A stretch of 63,511 nt of DNA, the filler included, from Octopus bimaculoides (lineage: Eukaryota): assembly GCF_001194135.2 (NCBI RefSeq). It is 6 parts of 4 records of this genome, joined end to end, with 100 filler letters (N's around TTAATTAATTAA, not from the genome) between each part and the next. Parts side by side here need not be neighbours in the genome. Positions count along the whole stretch, not along the records: positions 1 to 28,789 come from NC_068995.1; 5 more parts are not named here. One strand, 5' to 3'. A model generated the notes under the pieces. That model was not told where the DNA came from, searched no databases, and saw only the letters and a list, made by a program, of their open reading frames with translations. The stretch's first letter is position 1. Every line of letters begins with the position of its first letter. Positions 10,501 through 24,211 of the stretch are shown piece by piece. The position numbers were made by a program, and so were the translations under genes.

Positions 10501-12225
10501 CAATTCGATTATAGTTGATCAGGGAGAGTCTAAGCAAATAATAACCTTCAAAGACTATTCGTGAAGGCTACAAATTAGCAAGATAACAGTTGTGGTGGAT
10601 GTGAACATAATTACAAAACGAAGATGGCACATGTTTTATAATACAAGACAAGAGCTGTAACAGGCATTTATTTGGAAACTAGGATCACTCATCCTTGCCA
10701 CCATCACTTTGTGTTTCTTTCAAAGTACAATGCGAGCTCTTCGAGTACGGTAAAGTTCTACATCTGTATCTTTCTTTTTTTCTTGTATGTTCCCCTGTCT
10801 CACGGTTTTTATTCTCCCATGCTGTCTTTTTCTCTCACTCTTTCACACTACTCCAGCTCTATTCCCCAGTTTTACCCACTTACTGAAGTGATGGTATAAT
10901 AGAGAAATAACTAAAGCAGTGTGGCAGAAATTCTCTTAAGGGGCTACAGGACTCTTTCGTTATGATATGTTATATGCAGATTTGTATCTCTGCTTTTATA
11001 TATATATATATNNNNNNNNNNNNNNNNNNNNNNNNNNNNNNNNNNNNNNNNNNNNNNNNNNNNNNNNNNNNNNNNNNNNNNNNNNNNNNNNNNNNNNNNN
11101 NNNNNNNNNNNNNNNNNNNNNNNNNNNNNNNNNNNNNNNNNNNNNNNNNNNNNNNNNNNNNNNNNNNNNNNNNNNNNNNNNNNNNNNNNNNNNNNNNNNN
11201 NNNNNNNNNNNNNNNNNNNNNNNNNNNNNNNNNNNNNNNNNNNNNNNNNNNNNNNNNNNNNNNNNNNNNNNNNNNNNNNNNNNNNNNNNNNNNNNNNNNN
11301 NNNNNNNNNNNNNNNNNNNNNNNNNNNNNNNNNNNNNNNNNNNNNNNNNNNNNNNNNNNNNNNNNNNNNNNNNNNNNNNNNNNNNNNNNNNNNNNNNNNN
11401 NNNNNNNNNNNNNNNNNNNNNNNNNNNNNNNNNNNNNNNNNNNNNNNNNNNNNNNNNNNNNNNNNNNNNNNNNNNNNNNNNNNNNNNNNNNNNNNNNNNN
11501 NNNNNNNNNNNNNNNNNNNNNNNNNNNNNNNNNNNNNNNNNNNNNNNNNNNNNNNNNNNNNNNNNNNNNNNNNNNNNNNNNNNNNNNNNNNNNNNNNNNN
11601 NNNNNNNNNNNNNNNNNNNNNNNNNNNNNNNNNNNNNNNNNNNNNNNNNNNNNNNNNNNNNNNNNNNNNNNNNNNNNNNNNNNNNNNNNNNNNNNNNNNN
11701 NNNNNNNNNNNNNNNNNNNNNNNNNNNNNNNNNNNNNNNNNNNNNNNNNNNNNNNNNNNNNNNNNNNNNNNNNNNNNNNNNNNNNNNNNNNNNNNNNNNN
11801 NNNNNNNNNNNNNNNNNNNNNNNNNNNNNNNNNNNNNNNNNNNNNNNNNNNNNNNNNNNNNNNNNNNNNNNNNNNNNNNNNNNNNNNNNNNNNNNNNNNN
11901 NNNNNNNNNNNNNNNNNNNNNNNNNNNNNNNNNNNNNNNNNNNNNNNNNNNNNNNNNNNNNNNNNNNNNNNNNNNNNNNNNNNNNNNNNNNNNNNNNNNN
12001 NNNNNNNNTGTGTGTGTGTGTGTGTGTGTGTGTAAAACTATGAGCTTGCAACGGTTGTCACCTAATAATGTGAGAGAATGACGTCATCACATCTTGGCCA
12101 AGCGAATCGTTGTCGCGACTAAGCAACTACTTCCCAAGTCAAATTTAATACCTGACTCCTGTGTATATCATGCAAAACAACAAGAGTATAGCGTGCTTCT
12201 TTACTCTTTCTTCTGCAGTGAGTTC

Positions 12226-12227
<2 letters not shown>

Positions 12228-12319
<92 letters not shown>
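12228..12319. repeat. (TC)n microsatellite, about 46 units
   Basis: Uninterrupted polypyrimidine/polypurine tract. Confidence 0.98.
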
Positions 12320-12320
<1 letters not shown>

Positions 12321-12409
12321 GTCGCCCTGACATCAGAAGCAGGCATGTGCACGCGATTGCACCGACACACAGACACAGAAGCACGAGCTAGTTTTCCCAT
12401 GTGCGCGCT

Positions 12410-12446
<37 letters not shown>

Positions 12447-13509
12447 CTAAGTACTTACATTAACAAAGAACTCGTTATTTTAAAAACACTTCATTTCGAA
12501 GTAGTTCGATAAACGAAGTACCTGTAATATTTTGTGGTATAATCAATCGTTTATATAGTAACATTACCATTCAAAAAGAAAGAAAAAAAAAGAACGAGTA
12601 AAAAGGGAAACAAATTGGCCTTGTCGGCTGTATAGGAAAAATAAACCAACCAATATTATTACTATTAACACGGCTGGCTCACAGAGACACAATTCTGTGA
12701 ACCGCACACACGCACACATAATACACGCCATTGGAGTTTGATGGGAAATCTCTTTTATACATATACAACAGACAATAGTTTAAGCACGCACCAACGGATG
12801 ATCGTCTACGCGGTTGATCGACCCGCTAGAAATAGCAGTGAAGTTAGTCTTCCCCCACGCCCACGCCACCTCAACTCACATTTTATCGTCTTAAGACGTA
12901 GAAGCATGTAGATTCTACATTGTAGAAGTTACACTTATACATTAAATAAACGACAAAATTATCAAAGCTTTCATTATAGAACTGCTCAATAATGGTTGGC
13001 CTGGGGTTAAACAGCAACTTTCCAAGAGTCAAAGAGGGGTCCTTTACGCAGTCGCTCGACCTGCTAAAATAACAGCTAATTTCTTTAATATTACGATCTA
13101 TCAAAAAGACATTTAATAGTAGGCTTTTATACCCCTAAAAATCTGATGGTCACGGTCGGAAGGCCTTTTTAAGATAAAAATTTGTTCAGTTAGGGATGAC
13201 CCGTGTCTAAACAGCAACACTAGTTTACCACATTAATATAATTTTCTCTTGAGGGAAGGCATGAATGTCACAGTACCTCTTTTCTCCTCCATTCATGAGG
13301 GAGTATCTACGTTGTCGTTGATCGCAGCCTAATCTCTCTCTCTCAAATCTCATTTTACGGTCTTTATTAACAAAAAAAAAGGAGTGACATTATATTGTGT
13401 AGTTTTAGATCTACTGTTTCTATATCTATAAAAAAAAAAGAATGGATGGTCACGGTTGGAATTCTTGTGGAGATAGGTCTGCTCGATCAGAGTTGACTTC
13501 ACTCGAGCT

Positions 13510-13620
13510 AATCATAATCATAATCATCATCGTCATCATTATCATCATCATTGTCGTCGTCAACATCCTCATCATCACTATCATCAACAACATCAACAAC
13601 ATCAACACTTCTACCAACAA
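13510..13620. repeat. Degenerate (ATC)n/(AAC)n trinucleotide tract
   Basis: Directly visible. Confidence 0.9.
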
Positions 13621-14094
13621 ACAGAAAGAAACGGCACTATAACAACATCAATCCCAGCATTCACATCTATGCTCGTACAAGGAATCAGATCTTGAAATGG
13701 AGGAATTTATACCGGATAACTTAAGAGTCAAAGAAAAGAAAGAGGCTGACTTAATTGGAAGTCCAATATTTCTTACGTGACACACAAGACTTTCAATGAA
13801 ACAACAACACAACACAACATTAATGTAAGAAACGGACGGTCATAACATTTGAGGTTATATTTGCAGTTGTTTAGCTCATGTTGACTCTTACCCAACAGAC
13901 CAATGAACAAAGGCGTTACAGCCATGACCACTCCGCGTTCTATTATATAAAAATATTCGGTGGTATAGAAGACAGTTTTTCCAAACAACAAAGTTTCTCA
14001 AAAGAATCACCCTATCTCCTGTATGCGAAGTTGGGCCTTCAAAAGCCTTTACAGTAGAAGCAACTTTCTTGTGGTGGTGGTGGTGGTGGTGGTT

Positions 14095-14204
14095 TCGGGT
14101 TCAGTCCCAGTGCGTGACACCTTGGGCCAGTGTCTTCTACTATAGCCTTGGGCTGATCAAAGCCTTGTAGGTGGATTTGGCAGACAGAAATAAAGAAGTC
14201 TGTC

Positions 14205-14243
<39 letters not shown>
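14095..14243 (+). mobile_element. SINE family B 5' half running into (TA)n
   Basis: GGGTTCAGTCCCAGTGCGTGACACCTTGGGCCAGTGTCTTCTACTATAGCC matches 26660-26720. Confidence 0.85.
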
Positions 14244-14248
<5 letters not shown>

Positions 14249-15189
14249 TGAGGAATGGCGGAAATTTCAAAATTTTTTCATTAAAATAGGTACGAAAAGT
14301 CATTGCTCTCTAATAAAGACACTCTTACACAAAGAGAAACTGTATATAGTCAAATGGAAGATTATACTTTGTCGATCAACGATATTGTAAAAAGATGTCA
14401 CCAGTGTACGATTTTCCAACACAAATCTGGAACATGCTCGTTTCAGGAGCTGAAACTTTTTGAAGGACAGCATTGCAAAATTTCAAGAAAGCAACCTTAT
14501 AAAAATGTAGGTGTTTTATCGAAACTGACAATGGATTATTTGATAAAGACATGAATGATAGTTGTGATTTTGAAATCTACTCTGCTTATTTGAACATTGC
14601 TGTTTTGTTTTATGAATCTTACGAATTGATAGTTTTAAATTGCAAGTTTTCTATGGTGTAAGATCATCAACTGCAGCACCCTAACGATGAAGTTGATAAC
14701 AATGAGGTGTGTTATCACTGATTTACAAACTTCCTGACTCCAAAATAGTTTTTCCTTTTATCAACTCAATACTAGGTTGTATGTGTCAGATACATAAGTT
14801 TTTGAATTACTTCCAGACACTGCCTACAACAACACTAACAACCTAGAAAGAGAAGAGAACTGAAGTAAACAGCCGAGAAAAATCATTGGAATCAAGAGGA
14901 ATGACGTGTTCTTGTTATCTTAGTGGATACCATACAGAGCAACAACCCGAGTTGAAATCTTTTTTGTTGATGATCCACGCAAGTCCTGAAAGACATTTCA
15001 ATCGAACACTTATTGTATATATATCAAAGCATGTTTGACTCAACCAGTTTTCGCTGTTGTATCGACAATATTGACTACGTTGTTCGACAAAAGTGGTTCT
15101 ACAGTTTATTCAATTTTCCATGTTTTTATTTGATGAACAAAATCTGTTTGCAGTGTTGATGTCAACAGCAAACTGATAATTTCGAGATT

Positions 15190-16020
15190 GGCTTCATTTG
15201 TCTGACCGTTTGAAGCTTTTACGTCTGCTAAGTACCTATGCTTCTATTCTATCAACCTTGACGCAAATAACTATCTTCTATGACCAGCTGAGAGCCGTAC
15301 TCAGCAAAATTACCGGAGCCAAAGTCATTCTACTGGGGGATTTCAATGCTAGGGTTGGAACTGATTAACACACATGGAATTCTCTTGGACGTTTCAGTTT
15401 AGGGAAGATGATAAGCAATCGTCTGAGACCCCCTAAAGCTCTATGATGAATATGTACTTTGGAATGCAAATACTCACTTTAATACACAAATGTTATTACA
15501 CAACAACACGGATGAATCCGAGGTCTAAGGTTTGGCACTTGCTGGATTGTGTTTGGCATTTGCTGGATTATGATACCTGTAATATCAAGTCTTTTCATGG
15601 ATTGCAGTGTTGGACAGACCACTGCTTGGTGCGAGTAAAGTTCCGGATAATAATTAAAGTGAAAGAGAGAAGAGGGGCTATCGGGATTATCTGGACCCAT
15701 AATGTTCGTAAGATATATGATCCTACTGTGTGGAAGGAACTTCAGAATTGTTTTTCCAGCATCGAAGATATCACAAATTAAGAATTTCGAGCCCAGGTTT
15801 TTCAATGCGCTGCTGAAACACTGGGATATGCTACAACCAAGGACTTAGTTGAAAACGGTGCTGATGTTCAGCGACTCCTGTCTGCAAAGTGCAATACTAA
15901 CAGTGTATTACGGCACAGCATTTCTATAGCCCCAGGCCAGGATACACTTCGTCCTCCGCGCTGGATCACACAAAGTACAAAGACCTTTGTGTCCATTTCC
16001 TACGATTAGCAACACCTCTG
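15190..16020 (+). pseudogene. Decayed RTE/BovB-type LINE, APE endonuclease region
   Basis: Translations include FYDQLRAVL..KVILLGDFNARVGTD, NPRSKVWHLLDCV and CWTDHCLVRVKFRI (APE motifs GDFNA and xDH), with stops and frameshifts. Confidence 0.8.
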
Positions 16021-16193
16021 GCTGCTGATCGGACCTGGATGCTGCATAACAAATATTGGTTTATTCTATTCCGAGAAAAAAAAACTTCAGTTTTAAATAA
16101 ACTTTCCCGGTGAACCATCAAAGTTTTGTCAAACGTGTCCGGTCTGTTGAATGAAGCAATTTTTCTGATCATACCGGTTATTTTTTTTTACAC

Positions 16194-16448
16194 CAGTGGT
16201 TTTTCAACCGGGCTCCATATAATCCTTGGAGAACCATGTAAAATTTTGTTAAATTTTATCTGCAATAAACTGGTTATACTTCCACAATACATAAAATATT
16301 TTAACAGTCTTTTTAAATACAATTCCTAATGTTATTTAATTATAAAAATATAATAGGATTTTTAAAACATCGTATGCTATGGGGATCCACCAGATTAGAA
16401 TGGGTATCAAATGGGTACATAGGTAAAAAAATGTTTGAGAAATATAGG
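16194..16448. mobile_element. hAT-type non-autonomous element (MITE)
   Basis: Left end CAGTGGTTTTTCAACC resembles hAT CAGTGGTTCTCAA termini; degenerate right end GTTTGAGAAATATAGG; AT-rich non-coding interior. Confidence 0.5.
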
Positions 16449-16519
16449 TTTACACGGTTATGTTTGTACATAATTTTTACTTGAATTAATTTCTTTCACG
16501 AGCTGAATTGCTGAAATAT

Positions 16520-16720
16520 AATTCCTTCTGCTACAGATATAAGGCCTGAAATTTGGGGGCAAGGGGCTAGTCGATTATTTGGATTCCACAGTTCAACTAC
16601 TACTTATTTTATTGATTCCGGAAGGATGAAAGCTAAAGTTAACTTCGAAGATATTTGAACTCGAAATGTAAAGCCGGAAGAAATGCCGCTAAGCATTTTG
16701 TCCAGAGGGGTAACGCTTCT
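16520..16720 (-). mobile_element. SINE family A
   Basis: AAGGCCTGAAATTTGG...GGAAGGATGAAAG...ATTTGAACTC...AAATGCCGCTAAGCATTTTGTCC. Confidence 0.8.
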
Positions 16721-17549
16721 GCTAGCTAGCAGTTTTGTTTTCGGTTGTAAAACATTAGAATTCCAATCATAAGTATTTTGTAGCTTGTTATGCTAGTATT
16801 TGTAGCGTCGTTCATTTAGAAGAAATTATTAATAAAGGATTTCCTTCTTTATTAATTAAAGCTCATTTCAAATTAAATATAATAAAATGCATGACACTTA
16901 AAAAAAAATGCTTTTTTATATATTCTGCCACAGGTCGGTATAGATAAATTATGCAGCGGAGATTTAAATCAATGTGTTCACACAACGTACTTCGCGAGAC
17001 GCTCATTAATTTTATTTCTACTCTCAACTATAAGAGTTCAGCTAGTCCATTCTTCCAATCCGCCAGGGGTATCAATGACTCTTGCGACAACATTTCCTCC
17101 TTTGAGATTGACTTCCGCTGGAAGTTAATATTTTTTATTTTTACTTGTATCTTTTACACAATATTGACCTGAAATTTGAAATTTTTTTTTCTTTTTTACG
17201 TCGTCACTTTTATATCCCGACGACTCGTTACCAGGTGTTGTAACGTAATTGTTACCCGACTCTTAGGTAGTCTTGTTCGTCACAGCACTTGTTTTACGCT
17301 CGAACGGACTTTAGTGCGATTTTTAAAAACCCAAGAAGACATCTCTAACTGGTTAACAACTGCATCCGATATATTGTGAGCAGGGGAATCGAACTCTTAC
17401 CATATTCTTGCGACGGGACCAACACTGTAATTCGAACACCTATCATTACGTCAACTTATGTGTTCGGTGGGACTTCAACGCGGAAGTAACACACCGAATC
17501 TTACCGGCCTCGAGCAAAAATCTTCAACTACTTTTGCCGACTTGCGGCC

Positions 17550-18690
17550 TTTTCACGGGACATGATAGGCATTTTACTGGAGGTACTTTGGCTACTGAGC
17601 ACGCAACCTCTACCAGCTTCTCGATGTCCCAGTGCATGCAACAGGTTGTACTTGGTTACACGTTATCAGTAGCGCCCAAGAGCGACCTGATCTTGTAGTG
17701 AGGTAGGCGTTATGACCCTCTGTGCATACATAGATACATTATCACATATCGAATACAAATTCAAAGCTTACGTCCAACCCTACATATTCTTTTATCTGTT
17801 TCTTTGATCTCTCTATTTTTCATGATAAACTCGTCTGTCTGTGTCTTAATTTTTAATTCCTGGAATGTCACAAGCAATTCACGCAAAACACTGCACATTA
17901 TATTTTTTTAATTTCATTTTCGGATTTTAACACCGCTATCACTGTTTTCTAGTGGTTCCCTGTATTTTGGTATTAATCTTTACAAACCATCCGCACGTCA
18001 CAATTTTTTCGATGGCAAATACTCAATCTTGAAATCGTAATTCAAAAGGATCTATTTAATCTATTGATCAACAATAATGGGCGGTGGTCTGTCTGCAGAC
18101 GGAACCGTCTTCCAAGTATAAATTTATGGAATTTTTTTTTACCGCAAACATGATGGCTAATGCCTCTTTTTCTATTTGACTGTAGCTTTTCTCAGCCGAC
18201 AATAAATGAACGAGAAGCATGAGCTACTTGTTTAAATTCAGTTCCAATACCACTTTCACTAGCATCTGCTGCACTACTATTTCTAAAATCAGGTCAAAAT
18301 GTGATAACAATTCCGACATTAAGACATTTTAAAGTTTTTCAAAAGCTTTTTGTCATTTGTCCGACCAGTTCCACTTACGGTTTTTTTTTTTTAACAAGTT
18401 ATTCAGGGGTGCTCTTAAATTGTACATATTCGGTATGTATACCTGATAGTAATTTGCAAGCTCCAAAAATGCTTGTAACGTTGTAATATTCGTCGGGGAG
18501 GGGAGCATATATTTTTTTTAATTGCACTCGCCCTAGACGGGTCTACTCTGCGTCCATTTTCATCAATCTACCCTAGATATTTTATTCTTGGCATTAAAAA
18601 ATTCACTTTTCTTCGCTGAGCTTTATTCTTTCGAAGACCTTTTTAACGTGGTCAGTATGATGATCTCGAGATTCACTTTTTATGAGTATG
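17550..18690 (-). pseudogene. Ty3/gypsy pol remnant (RT end, RNase H, start of integrase)
   Basis: Frameshifted minus-strand translation: [115 protein letters not shown]; and DIEKLVEVAC..AKVPPVK (degraded integrase zinc-finger region). Confidence 0.88.
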
Positions 18691-20964
18691 AAAGGGAAGA
18701 ACGAAGAATGGAATGACGGCCGCTCGAATCTCATACTTCAAGACGTCGACTGATATTGCATATGGAAATGCGTCCTCTGGAAATGTTAGACATTCAATAT
18801 ACAACAAACTGAAATTGTATCAGTTTCTTGAGTTAATTCCTGTAACAAAAACTGCTATTAAAGTGTTGCATCAAATCGCGAAAAAGTTCTTAAGTGGTGT
18901 GGGATTAAAATTTTCTTGGCTATTGCGACAAATTGAGCTTCAAACCTTTGCGCCGTTAGTAACTCTCTCTCTCTCTCTCTCTACACGTTAATGCAATTAG
19001 ATAATCCGAACTAGATTCTGATAAAATATATTTGTCATTTAGCACGTTCCCATTGTGCTGAAGATTTGCCTAATACTGACGATCTGTTAAAAGGAACTTA
19101 CAACGTGTTACAAAGATCAGCGCCTCGAAAAGAATCTTGAATACCTGGAAATATATAAACCAACTATGATTTTACCCCTAGCGAAGCCATGCCGCAGAAA
19201 GACTCAAACATCCTCAAAAATGAGAGAAACTACTCAAGAAGATAATTCTATTCTTGATGCATTGAAGCTTTAAAGGTAAGACTTACAAAACATAATACTA
19301 CATTATTAATTAACTGAATTAGAACCCTCTAATAGACAATCGTAATCTATTTTCTATATAGCTCAACTTACGTCGGTAACTGGGTCTAAGACATGCGACT
19401 TAACTTGAAAACTGTAATATGAAAAAAAAAAATTCAAACAAAAGAAAAAGTTATAACCATATATCTATTTTTATAAATGGTTCGTACATATTTTTACATG
19501 TATTTTATTTGAATTTCCACTTCAGTATTGGCTTTTAGGTAGATATTTTTTTTTTTTCATTAATTTACTTTTTGATCGCTAAGGTCGACGAAAAATCGAC
19601 TGAAGTTGTTGTTTGCCTAATTCTTTTTTCCTTAAAAAAAAAAAATACGTAACTCGAAACGCTGTAAAATGAGGTATGACTTATATATAATTTACTCGTG
19701 CAAATTTTTCCTTTCGGGTTAGTTTCTTCTACTTCTTGAAAAAAAATTGTATTACTTTTTATGAAACTGATCTGACAAACTTGAAGTCAACCTGATTAAT
19801 TACTCGGTAGATGTCTTTAATTAGGAAAAGTCAAGTAGCTTGCTATCACACTTAAAACATTTGGTTCTTATTACGCGCTGTCAGAAGAATTATATAAATT
19901 ATCAAAATATATTCTGAGATTTTAGTGAAAACGGATACCATAAAAAATTTTTTGTGAGAAAGTCACCATAGAAATTTTACAAGGTGGATATAACTATGAT
20001 CAATAACAAATGTATATTGTATGTTAATAATGTATTTTAATAAATCTACCGTAGAGCGTCCAAGCAATATAGTTATGTCATATATAGTAGTGTGCGTTTT
20101 AACCAAGATGAATAGGTATTCGTATAGAACTTTAATTTATTGAAGCAAAAGTTGGATTTTCGGAATAACTATCAGTACCTTAAGGGAAAAGGACAAAGAA
20201 CTGGGAGTTATTCCTTCGTTTTTTTTAGTACTCCTGTGTTACATAGTACAAATTAGAGTATAAAAGAATATTTTTTACAAAATATTTCAATTTTTTTTTA
20301 TATCCCCCACCACCACCACCACCTATTCCGTGCTCTTTTCCCTTCTCCATGAGGTAATAATCGCTATTCGGAAACTCCGCCCAAAAGTTAGTGACATTAA
20401 ATTACATTGTGTTCAGTGTGTGTAATATATGATAGATTTATTCCTGCGAGACTAAATCTGAAGGAATGCCGTAATGGAATATATCTGTTCTCCCCCACCC
20501 ACCTCATGAAGATTGGTACTTACTTTAAATTAAGGATAAAATGTCTCTTGGTTAAACAAATTGTGATATTTGTGGTTCACAAGGAAATGCTTGGTGCTGA
20601 TCTGAAAACATTTGTGGTTGCTGGGAAAATATTTAGAGTTCAACAGAACACATTTTCCTGCCAACACAAATTCCACAGACTCATCAACGAAATAGCGTTA
20701 AAAGTTATCTCTGTGTGTCTATTTCCTATGTCACTAATTTGATAGGTGAATTATACCAAACCACACCCAAAAGCATTTGCAGCAACACCACATTCTGGCC
20801 GTTAAATGGCAAGCGACTGTTATAAAGTCATTTGTATTTTGAATTATAATACAAACCCAAAAATGATTTTGAAAGAAAAAAAAACAACTACATCCTTTTC
20901 ACAGCAACTACGTCCAAATGTAAATCGAAACACACACACACACACACACACACTCACTCGTGTA

Positions 20965-21075
20965 GGCACAGTATGGCCTAATAATTAAGAAGTTCGCTTT
21001 ACAACTATGAGTTTATGGTTCGTTCCGACTACGTAGCATCTTGTGCAAATATCATTTTCTGTAGTCTCAGGTAAA
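20965..21075 (+). mobile_element. Degenerate SINE head (family B-like)
   Basis: GTATGGCCTAATAATTAAGAAGTTCGCTT...GGTTCGTTCCGACTACGTAGCATCTTGTGCAA. Confidence 0.55.
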
Positions 21076-22918
21076 TGGAAACTACGTGCTCGTGTAATCA
21101 ATAAAAACTGGTCCTCCGTCGGTTACGACGATGAGGATTCTAGTTGATTCGATCGACAGAGCAGCCGGCTTGTGAAAATAGCGTGGAAGTGGCTGAGCAC
21201 TCCACAGACACGCGTACATGACCTGCCTTATTGTTCGTACCCTATATTGTTTAACACTGAGTTCAAAATCTTAGAAGCGACTCTTGCAGCACTACAGTTA
21301 TGTCTTTCTATCTACGGGGCAGTGGTTTGATCTATGAAGAATGGCGAATTTCATTTCATCATCTTCCTCGTCGTCGTTATCTTTGTTATTCTAAAGAATA
21401 AGTCTCATCCCCCCCTTTCATTAATTTTCGTTGTGGTTCGCTTTCTTTTGGGTGGGGAATGAGACACTTTGCTCTTTTTTTTCCTTCTTCGCATTTTCTC
21501 CAGCAGTTTGGAGTTCTATTTCTGTTATTATCTGACCATCACAAAACAATGGTTATGCTAGGGAGAGGAGGTACCTGGTTATTTGGTTGGCGGGATTCAA
21601 TACTGTGGGCAGCCGGGGCAGTACTGTCATGGAATTATTGTTCAACTACATTTGCATTAATGTGTCAATGCTGTTATTGTTGTCATTGAACAAGTTATTA
21701 GAACGCCCCACCACCAAAAAAGGGGGGAGGAAAAACAAACTATTTTATCTTTGGCCACCTACACTTTTTTCTGCAAAATAGGAGTAGTTTATCCTGTTCA
21801 GGCTATATTATTAGTATTATCCTGCGTTTGAGAATTTAAAATCACTTCTTTATTTTATCTTACTCTGAAGTGCAAAATTTTCAATTTCTAAAACGTGTGT
21901 GAATACCAAGTGCAAAACAGTTTTGTTCGTTATTCTGCCTCGCAGTGATAAGATCCCACCACCTTTTTTTATTTTGGTTGGGTATTTTCTTGAAGCTAAT
22001 GCAAATCAAGTCGAACTAAAACGAAGTTCAAAATGTCAAGGAAGATGGAGGGGTGAGGGTAGTTTATAAAATAAAGTAAAACTTCCCTTGTAAAATATTT
22101 TTACATGACGCAAACAAGTTAAAACGATACCCAATTTCTGAAAAATTCTTGGAAAACGCAGTAATCCGAAAACAGTAAGAACCGGGATAAACACATCTGC
22201 ACTCTTTGAAAATACTACCATCGCTACCAGTAATATCATCATCACCATCGTTATCACTGATAACATCTCAAACTAACACACTGCTAACCTCACTGAATCT
22301 ACCTATAAGAGCTTTCTCAATGATCTGACATACGAGATTTCCGCAGACATAACAGATTAAAATTCTGTATTTGTTGATGGAAAAAACATAAAGTCTCCGC
22401 ATATCTTTGATGTTAATGAAGATTTCTTTGGAATATTTTTCAAGCTTTCAGTAAGTAGACGACGTGGTGATGATCTATACGGGGGCCTTTTAATTCATAA
22501 TCGTTTAGGCATAAAGACTCTATCAAATGGAAAGTTGCCAAGTTGAAGAACTACAAGATACACACAAATTTGAAAATAAAATTTTAAAATATATAATGGG
22601 TATAAGTACTTTTTTTTTTTTTTTTTTTTTTTTTTNNNNNNNNNNNNNNNNNNNNNNNNNNNNNNNNNNNNNNNNNNNNNNNNNNNNNNNNNNNNNNNNN
22701 NNNNNNNNNNNNNNNNNNNNNNNNNNNNNNNNNNNNNNNNNNNNNNNNNNNNNNNNNNNNNNNNNNNNNNNNNNNNNNNNNNNNNNNNNNNNNNNNNNNN
22801 NNNNNNNNNNNNNNNNNNNNNNNNNNNNNNNNNNNNNNNNNNNNNNNNNNNNNNNNNNNNNNNNNNNNNNNNNNNNNNNNNNNNNNNNNNNNNNNNNNNN
22901 NNNNNNNNNNNNNNNNNN

Positions 22919-22978
<60 letters not shown>

Positions 22979-23946
22979 GCATATGATGGGAAGATCTGAC
23001 CGAAGTAAAGTTTTCTTTAAACAACTTTGGCTCTAGCGATGCAAAAGAATGAGATCGGTCGACCTGCTAGAAAAAGGAGCGAGATCTTTTTCAAATGTCA
23101 TCTCAACGGTTTTTTAAAACATGAAGAATACATTTCATAATGTGCTCCAGCAGCCCTCGACACACCGAAATAGATGAGATGGTCATAGTTGGAATGCCAT
23201 TTGATCATAGATCGAACAACACCTAAAATATCAAACCAAAGAGGGGGAACTCTCAAATGTGGTCGCTAAACTTGTTAGGAATTTCTTTAAAAAAGGGGGT
23301 GGGGGAAACAGTGATCTCGGGGCTAGTGCAAAAAAAAAATTGAGATGATCACAGCAGGAAGGTTTTTGATAGGCTTACTCACTTAGGGAACTGGACAAGG
23401 GCTAAAGAATAGCAACTGAACTATTTTACACATAAGCCTCATGTTGTTCACTCTACAGGAAACGTATTTAGTCACACACACACACACACACACATGCATT
23501 CACACAAACTTTCACACCGACACATACGTTCATTCCATCACGCATGAACTCCACAATTGCGCACGCATACACGCATGCACGCACACATACAAATATATTT
23601 GATCACACAAGCACCATTCGTATAGTCGAACATGCATTCATCACACGCGTCCCCACCTCCGCGCGCTCGCACATTCGCTGCACGCTCACAAAACAAAATG
23701 AGATGCAGGTGATGTGACCGAGCAGGATGGAATCAACACCTCCCCACCATCGTCACCACCACCAACGCCATCGTCTTCCACACTGAATATCCCTAAATAG
23801 CTCTGCACTAAACCAGGATGTTGTCGGTGTGTATCGTAAAGTGCACTCCTTGAAGCTAGCTATAAAAATACAAATCTCTTTGAAATAATCGCTTCAAGAG
23901 CCGACAAGCCAATGAGCATGCCTCCTCGTGGTCACACGTGCATGTT

Positions 23947-23970
<24 letters not shown>

Positions 23971-23979
<9 letters not shown>

Positions 23980-24178
23980 GTGCGGAAATATAATTCCACA
24001 CTTATTTATATTTACGTATACACAGCACATACACATAATATAATATGTGGAAATATAATTCCACACTTAATTATATTTACGTATACACAGCACGTACACA
24101 TAATATAATATGTGGAAATATAATTCCACACTTATTTATATTTACGTATACACAGCACATACACATAATATAATATGT
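23971..24178. repeat. 65-bp tandem repeat, 3 full units plus a partial unit
   Basis: Units at 23971-24035, 24036-24100 and 24101-24165: TAATATAATATGTGGAAATATAATTCCACACTTATTTATATTTACGTATACACAGCACATACACA, with only a few substitutions between units. Confidence 0.95.
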
Positions 24179-24211
24179 AATATTTTACACTACAATATAT
24201 ATCCATGCATG

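Noticed and set aside
12078-12087. Perfect CRE palindrome ATGACGTCAT (also a kappaB-like GGAATTTCCC near 52919 and TATA/CCAAT-like motifs at 23860-23915)
   Set aside because: Isolated short motifs with no supporting promoter context; expected by chance in 63 kb.
14303-14554. ORF with DIVKRCHQC resembling an integrase zinc-finger
   Set aside because: Only one short motif; no HHCC histidines or DDE core found in any frame.
17234-17400. Possible LTR end (TGTTGTAAC) next to the gypsy remnant
   Set aside because: No polypurine tract, second LTR or TSD identified.
23971-24178. CRISPR-like appearance of palindromic repeats (also 34635-34742)
   Set aside because: Eukaryotic context, whole-unit tandem duplication, no unique spacers and no cas genes.
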